Below, in pieces: positions 8,251 through 16,376 of a stretch of DNA of 37,642 bases. The notes below the pieces were generated by a model. The model was not told the origin of the DNA, searched no databases, and worked only from the letters and a program-made list of their open reading frames with translations. The translations under genes were made by a program, and so were the position numbers. Every line of letters starts with the position of its first letter. The stretch's first letter is position 1. The stretch lies in NCBI GenBank assembly GCA_017451975.1, contig JAFTNI010000218.1:1-37642 (forward strand). Reading direction: 5' to 3'. The DNA is from Clostridia bacterium (GTDB taxonomy: Bacteria; Bacillota; Clostridia; Oscillospirales; CAG-272).

Positions 8251-9054
8251 ATGATCTCATCTTTCGAAATTAAAAAGGAAATATGCGAAGTAGGTCACAA
8301 AATTTATGCTGAAGGCTTCGTAGCTGCAAACGACGGTAACATTTCCGTTAAGGTTAGCGACAACGAATACTACTGCACACCTACAGGCGTATCCAAAGGC
8401 GACCTCACACCCGATATGATTATCCGTATCGACGGCAAGGGTAACAAAATCGAAGGCAGACTCAACCCCTCCTCCGAAATCAAAATGCACCTCCGTGTTT
8501 ACCAGGAAAGACCCGACGTAAACGCAGTTGTTCACGCTCACCCTCCCGTTGCAACAGCTTTCACAGTTGCAGGAGTACCGCTTGACAAATACATCCTTCC
8601 CGAAGCAGTTCTTACTATAGGCTTCGTTCCCACTTGCGAATACGGCACACCTTCCACAATGGAAATTCCGGATTCTCTTATGCCCTACATTCAGAACCAC
8701 GATGCGTTCCTTCTCAAGAACCACGGCGCTCTTACAGTAGGTAACACACTTAAAAAAGCTTTCTTCACAATGGAAGAAGTTGAATTCAACGCTAAGATCT
8801 GCAAATATGCTATGGAACTCGGCAGGGTTGAGGAAATCCCCTGCGACCAGCTCGAAAAGCTTATGGAGCTCCGCAAGAAAATGCGTATCCCCGGCAAGCA
8901 CCCCGGCTGCAAAACTTGCAAAAACCTCGGCACACCCGAATGCAAATGCAAACAGAACGCTGTTACACCCAGCGGCATAGTAACAAGCACGGGCGCAGAC
9001 GAAGCACTTGTTGCTGAAATCACAAAGAAAGTTCTCGCAGCTCTCGGAAAATAA
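8251..9054 (+). CDS. class II aldolase (fuculose/rhamnulose-1-phosphate aldolase family) with C-terminal Cys-rich linker and encapsulation peptide
   Basis: Class II aldolase/adducin motifs (NDGNIS, HAHPP, LLKNHG). There is a roughly 55-aa C-terminal extension ending in the amphipathic helix EALVAEITKKVLAALGK. Confidence 0.85.
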   Translation: MISSFEIKKEICEVGHKIYAEGFVAANDGNISVKVSDNEYYCTPTGVSKGDLTPDMIIRIDGKGNKIEGRLNPSSEIKMHLRVYQERPDVNAVVHAHPPVATAFTVAGVPLDKYILPEAVLTIGFVPTCEYGTPSTMEIPDSLMPYIQNHDAFLLKNHGALTVGNTLKKAFFTMEEVEFNAKICKYAMELGRVEEIPCDQLEKLMELRKKMRIPGKHPGCKTCKNLGTPECKCKQNAVTPSGIVTSTGADEALVAEITKKVLAALGK

Positions 9055-9101
9055 TTCCCGTACATACCGTGGAATAGATTTTTTGAAAGGAGAGAACAAA
9101 A

Positions 9102-10559
9102 ATGGCAATTAACTGGACAGACGCGCAAATTGAAGAGATAGTTAAAAAGGTCGTTGCGGAAATCGGCGGCGAGCCGAAAAAAGAAGCGCCGGCATATAAC
9201 TCTGAAAGCTATAACGGCAGAAAGTTTATCGGTATCTTCGAAGATATGAACGACGCTATAGAGGCCGCAAACGCAGGCTACAAGGCTATTCGCTCCATGC
9301 GCGTTGAAGAAAGAGAAAAGCTCATTGAAAAGATCCGCGAAATGACGCGCGCGGAAGCCGAAATTATGGCGACCATCGGCGTGGCGGAAACGAAAATGGG
9401 CAGGGTAGACCACAAAATTGCAAAGCACCGCCTCGTTGCCGATAAAACACCCGGCACAGAGGACCTTATTTCCCAGGTTAAAACGGGCGACTGCGGTCTT
9501 ACTCTTACAGAAATGGCGCCTTTCGGCGTTGTGGGCAGCATCACACCCAGCACGAACCCCTCTGAAACCGTTATCTGCAACAGTATGGGCATGATAGCGG
9601 CGGGCAACGGCATTGTGTTCAACCCCCACCCCAATGCAATAGCAACATCCAACTACGCCGTAGACCTTATCAACCGCGCGTGCTTCGCGGCGGGCGGCCC
9701 GAAAATACTCGTGGCTTCCGTTAAAAAGCCCACGCTCGATACGGCGAACATTATGTATAAAAGCCCGCTTATAAGGCTTCTTGTTTGCACGGGCGGCCCC
9801 GGCGTTGTAAGAGCCGTGCTTGCTTCGGGCAAGAAGGCTATAGGCGCGGGCGCGGGTAACCCCCCCGTTATCGTAGATGATACGGCAGATATCCAGAAGG
9901 CGGCAAAAGATATTATCGACGGCTGCACCTTCGATAACAACCTCCCCTGCATAGCGGAAAAAGAAGTTTTCGCCTTCGATAATATCGCAGACGAGCTTAT
10001 TGCAGGTATGCTTAAAAACGGCGCTTATATGATAAACGCCGCACAGGCAGAGGAGCTTTCCAAAATAGTTCTCGTAGATACGAAGAACCCGAAAACGGGT
10101 ATCGTTAAAAAGACGGTAAGCCGCGATTGCGTAGGCAGAGATGCTAAAGTGCTTCTCGCCAAAATCGGCGTACACGTTGGCGACGAGGTTCGTTGCATTA
10201 TCTGCGAAACGAATTTTGAACACCTCTTCGTTCAGGAAGAGCTTATGATGCCTATTCTTCCCATAGTTCGCGTAAAGAATATCGACGAAGCTATAGAGAA
10301 GGCTGTAGCCGCTGAACACGGCAACAGACACACGGCTCATATGCACTCCAAGAATATCGACCATCTCACGCGCTTTGCAAGAGCCGTTGAAACGACGATA
10401 TTCGTTAAAAACGCACCTTCCTACGCCGGCATCGGCTTCGGCGGCGAAGGTCACACAACATTTACCATAGCAGGGCCTACGGGCGAGGGCATTACCTCTG
10501 CAAAGAGCTTTACCCGCTTGCGCCGCTGCGTAATGGCGGATAACTTCCGCATAATCTGA
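9102..10559 (+). CDS. pduP: CoA-acylating aldehyde dehydrogenase (PduP/EutE family) with N-terminal encapsulation peptide
   Basis: Catalytic Cys context NNLPCIAEKE and EutE/PduP-type length. N-terminus is DAQIEEIVKKVVAEIGG followed by a linker. Confidence 0.9.
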   Translation: MAINWTDAQIEEIVKKVVAEIGGEPKKEAPAYNSESYNGRKFIGIFEDMNDAIEAANAGYKAIRSMRVEEREKLIEKIREMTRAEAEIMATIGVAETKMGRVDHKIAKHRLVADKTPGTEDLISQVKTGDCGLTLTEMAPFGVVGSITPSTNPSETVICNSMGMIAAGNGIVFNPHPNAIATSNYAVDLINRACFAAGGPKILVASVKKPTLDTANIMYKSPLIRLLVCTGGPGVVRAVLASGKKAIGAGAGNPPVIVDDTADIQKAAKDIIDGCTFDNNLPCIAEKEVFAFDNIADELIAGMLKNGAYMINAAQAEELSKIVLVDTKNPKTGIVKKTVSRDCVGRDAKVLLAKIGVHVGDEVRCIICETNFEHLFVQEELMMPILPIVRVKNIDEAIEKAVAAEHGNRHTAHMHSKNIDHLTRFARAVETTIFVKNAPSYAGIGFGGEGHTTFTIAGPTGEGITSAKSFTRLRRCVMADNFRII

Positions 10560-10581
10560 TAATAGAAAGGAAGAAACGACA

Positions 10582-11829
10582 ATGGCACTCAATCCTTCCG
10601 ATATCGAAAGCATTGTTCGCAAAATCGTCAGCGAAATGGGCGCCCCCGCGGGCGGTCAGAAGCACGAATGCTGCGGCGGCCACGGCGGCGAATGCAAGTG
10701 CGGCAAGCACGGCGAGCTCCCCAAAACGGCTAAAGTTGCAATGCTTACAGATACAAAGAAAATAGAAATAAAAGAATTTGCCGTTCCCGAGCTTCAGGAC
10801 GACGATATACTTGTTAAAGTTGAAGGCGCGGGCGTTTGCGGTACAGACGTACACGAATGGAAGGGCGACCCCTTCGGCCTTATCCCCGTAGTTCTCGGCC
10901 ACGAAGGCACGGGCGAAATCATCGCTCTCGGCAAAAACGTTAAATTCGATACAGCCGGCAACCCCATCAAGGTTGGCGACAAAATCGTTACATCCGTTAT
11001 TTCCTGCGGCGAATGCAATATCTGCCGCAACCACCCCGCAAACACAAACCTTTGCGATAAGCAGGGCGTTTTCGGCCTTATCGGTCACAACGACGATAAC
11101 CCCCTCAACGGTTGGTTTGCAACACACCTTCTCATCAGAGATAAGGGTGCTACATATTTTGTAGTAAACGACCTCGACCTCTATGAAAGAATGATTCTCG
11201 AGCTTGCTTGCGTTTGCGTACACGCTCTCAAACGTGCAAACACAACAGGCCTTATGAACTTCAATACAAAGGTAGTTATCCAGGGTCTTGGCCCCGTTGG
11301 TCTTGTTATGGCTTATGTGCTCCGCGCGGCAGGTATCAACCATATCATCGCTATCGACGGCACACCCATGCGCCTTGAAATGGCTAAGAAGCTCGGTGTT
11401 AAGACTGTTATCAACTTCAGAGAAGCTACGACTATAGAGCAGAGAGTTGCTCTTGTAAAAGAAGCTTGCGGCGGCAACCTTGCAGACTTTGCATTCCAGT
11501 GCACAGGCGCTCCCTCTGCTGCAGCAGATATCTATTCCTACATTCGCCGCGGCGGCGGTATGTGCGAAATGGGCTTCTTCGTTAACAACGGCGAATACCA
11601 GATCAACCCCCACTTCACAATGTGCAATAAAGAGATCAACCTCGTTGGCTCTTGGGACTACAGCGCAGACGACTACCCCACGACAATGGCGTTCCTCCGC
11701 CAGGCTCGCGAGATGAATATTCCGATAAAGGATCTCATCACGCACACCTTCCCCCTCGATAAAATGAACGAGGCAATGGAAACAAACGTTGCTCAAGCAG
11801 GCATCAAGATTTGCTACGTTGCTGAATAA
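10582..11829 (+). CDS. Zn-dependent medium-chain alcohol dehydrogenase with N-terminal encapsulation peptide and Cys/His-rich linker
   Basis: GHEGTGEI catalytic Zn motif and CGECNICRNHPANTNLC structural Zn motif. N-terminus is PSDIESIVRKIVSEMG followed by HECCGGHGGECKCGKHG. Confidence 0.85.
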   Translation: MALNPSDIESIVRKIVSEMGAPAGGQKHECCGGHGGECKCGKHGELPKTAKVAMLTDTKKIEIKEFAVPELQDDDILVKVEGAGVCGTDVHEWKGDPFGLIPVVLGHEGTGEIIALGKNVKFDTAGNPIKVGDKIVTSVISCGECNICRNHPANTNLCDKQGVFGLIGHNDDNPLNGWFATHLLIRDKGATYFVVNDLDLYERMILELACVCVHALKRANTTGLMNFNTKVVIQGLGPVGLVMAYVLRAAGINHIIAIDGTPMRLEMAKKLGVKTVINFREATTIEQRVALVKEACGGNLADFAFQCTGAPSAAADIYSYIRRGGGMCEMGFFVNNGEYQINPHFTMCNKEINLVGSWDYSADDYPTTMAFLRQAREMNIPIKDLITHTFPLDKMNEAMETNVAQAGIKICYVAE

Positions 11830-11840
11830 GGAGAAAACCT

Positions 11841-12158
11841 ATGGCACTCGGTATGATAGAAGTATACGGATTTGCCACATCGATAGTAGTTGCAGATAAG
11901 GTTGCCAAAAGCGCCGAAGTTAAAATAGTTGCTATCGATAAAAACAAGCCGGCAAATGCCGACAAAGTAGAAGTACCGCTTGTAATGGTGGTAAAATTCG
12001 AAGGCGGCGCTTCCGAAGTGCGTGCGGCTCTTGAAGCAGGCGTGGAAGAAGCGCAGAAAAGAAACCTCTATATTGCCTCGCGCATTATCACAAGGCAATC
12101 GGAGGAAATGGAGTGGTTCGCTCACCTGAACGCACTCGGCAAAGATAAACTCAGATAA
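11841..12158 (+). CDS. divergent BMC-H shell protein (Pfam00936-like) with enlarged pore loop and C-terminal tail
   Basis: ALGMIEVYGFATSIVVADKVAKSAEV matches the BMC-domain N-terminus. The canonical KIGSG pore loop is replaced by KNKPANADKVEVP. Confidence 0.7.
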   Translation: MALGMIEVYGFATSIVVADKVAKSAEVKIVAIDKNKPANADKVEVPLVMVVKFEGGASEVRAALEAGVEEAQKRNLYIASRIITRQSEEMEWFAHLNALGKDKLR

Positions 12159-12194
12159 CCCCACAAAATTATAATATTAAGGAGATTAATAATT

Positions 12195-12470
12195 ATGCAG
12201 GAAGCACTCGGAATGGTAGAAACAAGAGGTCTTGTTGCGGCTATCGAAGCAGCAGACGCAATGGTAAAAGCAGCTAACGTTACACTTCTCGGCAGCGAAA
12301 AAATCGGCTCCGGACTCGTTAGCGTAATGGTTCGCGGCGACGTTGGCGCAGTTAAAGCAGCTGTAGAAGCAGGCGGCGACGCAGCACAGAAGCTCGGCGA
12401 AGTTGTAGCACTTCACGTAATTCCCCGCCCCCACGGCGATGTTGAAAAGCTTCTTCCTAAGCTTGACTAA
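12195..12470 (+). CDS. BMC-H shell protein (PduA/EutM-like)
   Basis: [27 protein letters not shown]...[25 protein letters not shown] is a canonical hexamer sequence. Confidence 0.92.
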   Translation: MQEALGMVETRGLVAAIEAADAMVKAANVTLLGSEKIGSGLVSVMVRGDVGAVKAAVEAGGDAAQKLGEVVALHVIPRPHGDVEKLLPKLD

Positions 12471-12492
12471 TTCGAAAATTAGGTAAAAAGTT

Positions 12493-12765
12493 ATGGAAGC
12501 AATAGCGTTACTCGAAGTTCAGGCGCTTGTTGCGGCTATCGCAGGACTTGACGCGATGGTGAAAGCGGCAAACGTTAAGCTCATTCACGTAGAGAAACGC
12601 TTGGGCGGACGACTTGTAACAGTCGTTGTCGAAGGCAGTGTGTCGGACGTTACGGCGGCGCTGGAGGCAGGCAAGGTTGCGGCAGCCCAGGTGGGCAACG
12701 TAAAGCTTGCAGAGGTTATCGCACGTCCGCACCCCGACGTTATGAGCTTTCTTACAACAGGCTGA
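12493..12765 (+). CDS. BMC-H shell protein, second type
   Basis: BMC-domain pattern ([49 protein letters not shown]). Confidence 0.85.
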   Translation: MEAIALLEVQALVAAIAGLDAMVKAANVKLIHVEKRLGGRLVTVVVEGSVSDVTAALEAGKVAAAQVGNVKLAEVIARPHPDVMSFLTTG

Positions 12766-12812
12766 TGCCTGAAAAATAAAAAAACAAAAATTTTTAAATG
12801 GAGGAAATAAAA

Positions 12813-13085
12813 ATGGAAGCACTCGGAATGGTAGAAACAAGAGGTCTTGTTGCAGCTATCGAAGCAGCAGACGCAATGGTAAAAGCAGCTAACGTTGTTC
12901 TTATCGGCAGCGAAAAAATCGGCTCCGGACTCGTTAGCGTAATGGTTCGCGGCGACGTTGGCGCAGTTAAAGCAGCTGTAGAAGCAGGCGGCGACGCAGC
13001 ACAGAAGCTCGGCGAAGTTGTAGCACTTCACGTAATTCCTCGTCCTCACACAGACGTTGAAAAGCTTCTTCCTAAACTCGGCTGA
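12813..13085 (+). CDS. BMC-H shell protein, near-identical paralog of 12195..12470
   Basis: About 95% nucleotide identity to 12198..12470. Start set at ATG 12813 (GGAGGAAA RBS); the ATG at 12798 lies inside the RBS. Confidence 0.9.
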   Translation: MEALGMVETRGLVAAIEAADAMVKAANVVLIGSEKIGSGLVSVMVRGDVGAVKAAVEAGGDAAQKLGEVVALHVIPRPHTDVEKLLPKLG

Positions 13086-13109
13086 TATTAAACCGATTTA
13101 AGGAAACCG

Positions 13110-13140
13110 TTCTTCAAGGGGCTTTCCGCCCCTTGAAGAA
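13110..13140 (+). other. perfect 13-bp stem-loop directly after the shell-gene block
   Basis: ttcttcaaggggc-tttcc-gccccttgaagaa. A second hairpin (tgccgc-aag-gcggca) follows at 13150..13164. Confidence 0.7.
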
Positions 13141-13227
13141 ATGAGGTTTTGCCGCAAGGCGGCAGAAAAATAATAGTGTTCTACGTTATGAACAGAAAGT
13201 CTTAATTTAATGAAGTTTTGCAATCTG

Positions 13228-13296
13228 TAGGGGCCGACGTCCTCGGCGGTCCGTTTCAGATAAATGCGGGTGGACCGCCGAGTACGCCGGTCCCTA
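13228..13296. repeat. GC-rich ~69-nt imperfect palindrome (REP/MITE-like element)
   Basis: The arms taggggccgacgtcctcggcggtcc and ggaccgccgagtacgccggtcccta pair over 25 positions: 22 Watson-Crick pairs, 2 mismatches and 1 G-U. Its GC content contrasts with the A/T-rich flanks. Confidence 0.6.
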
Positions 13297-13384
13297 TAAA
13301 AAATAGCGTCGCTCCATTAACTTCGAAAAAAACCCCGCTTTTGCGGGTTTACATACAAAAATAAATTGCAGAGGAGCCAAAAAT

Positions 13385-14047
13385 ATGGAATATTCATCTG
13401 CGGATATTGCCGCAATCGTTCAAAAAATTATAGCAGGCATGGGTGCGGAAGAAACGGCAGCAGGAAACGGCGCAGACGTGCCGATAGGCGTTTCCAACCG
13501 CCACGTTCACCTTTCTCGCGAGCACCTCGACGTGCTTTTCGGCAAGGGCTATGAGCTTACAAAGGCGAAAGACCTTTCCCAGCCCGGTCAGTATGCGGCA
13601 AACGAGGTCGTAACCATCGTTGGACCCTCGCTTCGCCCCATAGAAAAAGTAAGAGTTCTCGGCCCCATTCGCTCCGCCTCCCAGGTGGAAGTGTCTATGA
13701 CAGACTCTTACGTTCTCAAAGTTAAGCCACCCGTTCGCGAATCGGGCAAAATAGAAGGCTCTGCGCCTATTACGATGATAGGCCCGAAGGGCGTTGTAAC
13801 GCTTACGGAAGGCTGCATTATCGCCAACCGCCACATACATATGAGCCTTGCAGACGGTGAAAAATACGGCGTTACCGACGGCGATTACGTTACCGTTGAC
13901 GTAGAGGGCAAGGGCAAAAAAACCCGTTGGTACGGCGTTCAGGTTCGTGTGAACAAAGCCTTCGCGCTTGAAATGCACGTTGACACAGACGACGCAAACG
14001 CTGCGGGCATAGGTAACGGAAGCCTTGTTAAAATCGTAAAAGAATAA
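13385..14047 (+). CDS. pduL: PduL-type phosphotransacylase with N-terminal encapsulation peptide
   Basis: Two PduL repeats (GVSNRHVHLS and IANRHIHMS). N-terminus is SADIAAIVQKIIAGMG. Confidence 0.9.
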   Translation: MEYSSADIAAIVQKIIAGMGAEETAAGNGADVPIGVSNRHVHLSREHLDVLFGKGYELTKAKDLSQPGQYAANEVVTIVGPSLRPIEKVRVLGPIRSASQVEVSMTDSYVLKVKPPVRESGKIEGSAPITMIGPKGVVTLTEGCIIANRHIHMSLADGEKYGVTDGDYVTVDVEGKGKKTRWYGVQVRVNKAFALEMHVDTDDANAAGIGNGSLVKIVKE

Positions 14048-14067
14048 GCTCGGTAAGGAGAAGCGTT

Positions 14068-14322
14068 ATGTTAAAGGGACTTGTTATAGGAAACGTCGTT
14101 TCCACAAAGAAGCAGGAAAGCCTTACCGGCAGCAAATTTCTTGAAGTAAGAATTATCGAAAACAATCGCGAAACAGATAAATATATCGTTGCCGTAGACA
14201 GCGTTGGCGCAGGCATCGGCGAGGAAGTGCTTATCACTACGGGCTCCAGCGCCCGTTTGGCGCTCCGAAACCAGTTTGAGCCCGTAGACGCAGTTATTGT
14301 CGGCATAGTAGACCCGAAATAA
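14068..14322 (+). CDS. eutN: BMC-P pentameric vertex protein (EutN/PduN/CcmL family)
   Basis: 84 aa, with GNVVSTKK...FLEV...AVDSVGAGIGEEVLITTGSSAR typical of the EutN/CcmL fold. Confidence 0.9.
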   Translation: MLKGLVIGNVVSTKKQESLTGSKFLEVRIIENNRETDKYIVAVDSVGAGIGEEVLITTGSSARLALRNQFEPVDAVIVGIVDPK

Positions 14323-14374
14323 ATATTGCGCTTGCGCAGTAGTTTAAGGAAAAATTATTGAAAAGGAGCAAACC

Positions 14375-15808
14375 ATGTCGGATAAAATGGATAATGTTTT
14401 GTCCCAAGAGGGAAGATACGCTATCTACCGCAAGCCTGCACCCGCCGCCGATACTTATGAAGGCATTCTCAGAATGACCGCACAAAGAATCGAATTCAAG
14501 GAGTGCGTTAAGGTTGCGGGTATAGTCGGTGCCGGAGGTGCCGGGTTCCCGTCCTATGCAAAAATTGCAGACGGTGTGGATACGGTGCTTATAAACGGTG
14601 CAGAATGTGAATCTTTGCTTTATACGGACTATACAATTATGCGCGATGAACTTCGCAAGGTTGTGGAGGGCATAGAATATGTCATAGAAAATACGACGGC
14701 GCGCCGCGGTCTGCTCTGTGTAAAGGAGCATACCGGAAAAAAACTCGGCTTTTTTGACGGCCAGAAGCTTTCCGAACATACGGCAGTGAAATTTTTGCCC
14801 GACGTTTATCCCATGGGTGACGAAATAAGCCTTATATACGAGGCAACGGGCAGAAGCATAAAAGCGGGCAACCTCCCCGTTTCCGTGGGAGTTATCGTTT
14901 ATAACGTTGAGACAGTGTTCAACATACGTGAATCGTACCGCCACAGAATTGCCGTTACGCATAAGTGGCTTACCATAGGCGGCAACACACCGAAAAAATT
15001 GGTGATCTGCGTGCCCGTGGGTACTTATGTGAAAGATATTTTTGCCAGATACGGCATAGAAGTGCCCGATGGCAACGTAGTGCTGGACGGCGGCCCTGCT
15101 ATGGGCAAAATTATAAACGCAGAACGCGCTACGGTTACAAAAACCACAAAATCGCTTCTCATTTTACCCGAGAAGCTTCCCATAATACAATCCAGGCTCA
15201 CGGGGCTTGACGTTCAGCTCCGCAGGGGCTCCTCTGCTTGTTGCCAATGCACGCGCTGCACAGACCTTTGCCCCCGCAACCAGCTCGGCTATCCGCTTGA
15301 ACCGCACAAGCTTGTGCGAGTAGCAGAGGGTATAGGTACAGTGGATGCAAAGCTATACGCTACCGCGACGATGTGCTGCGGATGCGGTATATGCGAGCAC
15401 GCCGCTTGCTGCCAGGGAATATCCCCCAGAGCTATGATATTCAAGCTCAAGGAAGAGCTTGGAAAAGCAAAAACAAGATATATTTCCGACGATACCATCG
15501 CTCCGCGCGATACTCGCCCCTACCGTATGATCTCCAGCGAGCGCTGGAAAGAGATCATCGGGGTATCCTCCTTCGACGGCGAGGCGAAATATGCCGGAGG
15601 CTTTGAACCCGATAGGGTAGAGATATTTATGGCGGGGCATATAGGTGTTCCATCCATTCCGATCGTCGAACAAGGTCAGCACGTTTCCGCGGGCGCAAAG
15701 ATAGCGAACGCGGCAGACGGACTTTCGCTCCCGCAGTATGCGTCTATTTCGGGCGTGTGCGTGTTTGTGGACAAAACAAAAATAATTATAGAAAGGGACA
15801 AACAGTAA
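14375..15808 (+). CDS. pduS: PduS/RnfC-like Fe-S flavoprotein (NADH-binding, SLBB, two 4Fe-4S motifs)
   Basis: GAGGAGFPSYAKI nucleotide/FMN motif plus two Cys clusters (CCQCTRCTDLCP and CCGCGICEHAC). Confidence 0.8.
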   Translation: MSDKMDNVLSQEGRYAIYRKPAPAADTYEGILRMTAQRIEFKECVKVAGIVGAGGAGFPSYAKIADGVDTVLINGAECESLLYTDYTIMRDELRKVVEGIEYVIENTTARRGLLCVKEHTGKKLGFFDGQKLSEHTAVKFLPDVYPMGDEISLIYEATGRSIKAGNLPVSVGVIVYNVETVFNIRESYRHRIAVTHKWLTIGGNTPKKLVICVPVGTYVKDIFARYGIEVPDGNVVLDGGPAMGKIINAERATVTKTTKSLLILPEKLPIIQSRLTGLDVQLRRGSSACCQCTRCTDLCPRNQLGYPLEPHKLVRVAEGIGTVDAKLYATATMCCGCGICEHAACCQGISPRAMIFKLKEELGKAKTRYISDDTIAPRDTRPYRMISSERWKEIIGVSSFDGEAKYAGGFEPDRVEIFMAGHIGVPSIPIVEQGQHVSAGAKIANAADGLSLPQYASISGVCVFVDKTKIIIERDKQ

Positions 15809-15809
15809 T

Positions 15810-16355
15810 ATGCAGAATGCCGTAGGTATAATCGAACTGAAAAGTATAGCCAAGGGCGTTGAAGCTTGCGACTCCGCGCTTAAAAGCGCGGGCATAAGCC
15901 TTGTAAGCGCTCATCCGGCGTGTCCCGGAAAATATGAAATAATTATTACGGGGGCTATTGCCGACGTATCCGCGGCGGTTTCCCACGTAAAGGGAAGATT
16001 TGAAACAACCATAGTGGATACTTCTGTTATGGGCAGAATCGACCCACAGGTGGTAACGGCGCTTTTCGGCACTGAAGCCACAAAGAAAAGCGGCTCGCTC
16101 GGCGTTATAGAAACGTTTTCTGCGGCGAGCGCAATAAAAGCGGCGGATATAGCCGTTAAAACGGCAAACGTCGCTATATATGACCTGCGCGTTTCGCGCG
16201 GTATGGGCGGCAAGGGTCTTGTTATGATAACGGGCGACGTTGGCGACGTCAGCGCTTCCGTAGAGGCGGGCGCGGAATACGCCGCGGGCCTGGGCTTGCT
16301 TATGAACAAATCTGTAATAGCCGCACCGCACAAAGAGCTTTGGGAACAAATTTAA
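15810..16355 (+). CDS. pduT: BMC-T tandem-domain shell protein (PduT-like)
   Basis: 181 aa containing two BMC domains (AVGIIELKS... and SLGVIETFS...). A Cys sits in the first-domain pore loop (AHPACPGKY). Confidence 0.85.
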   Translation: MQNAVGIIELKSIAKGVEACDSALKSAGISLVSAHPACPGKYEIIITGAIADVSAAVSHVKGRFETTIVDTSVMGRIDPQVVTALFGTEATKKSGSLGVIETFSAASAIKAADIAVKTANVAIYDLRVSRGMGGKGLVMITGDVGDVSASVEAGAEYAAGLGLLMNKSVIAAPHKELWEQI

Positions 16356-16376
16356 AGTGAAGCAGGGTAATTTATC

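Noticed and set aside
8691-10622. 643-aa minus-strand ORF. Similar long antisense ORFs occur at 4262..5611, 8257..9108, 10510..11796, 15786..17135, 17214..18791, 19141..20445, 20889..22022, 29199..30470, 32166..33056 and 35980..36648.
   Set aside because: All lie antisense to confidently identified genes, have low-complexity nonsense translations, and lack credible translation initiation signals.
12798-12812. Upstream ATG for the fourth BMC-H gene (MEEIK extension)
   Set aside because: This ATG lies within the GGAGGAAA Shine-Dalgarno sequence. The paralog at 12195 starts at the equivalent of ATG 12813.
13086-13384. Riboswitch (for example AdoCbl) or small ORF in the intra-operon spacer
   Set aside because: I see no recognisable B12-box or other riboswitch core, and the pathway is B12-independent. 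The only ORFs are about 10 codons long or shorter, without an RBS (for example ATG 13141, MRFCRKAAEK).
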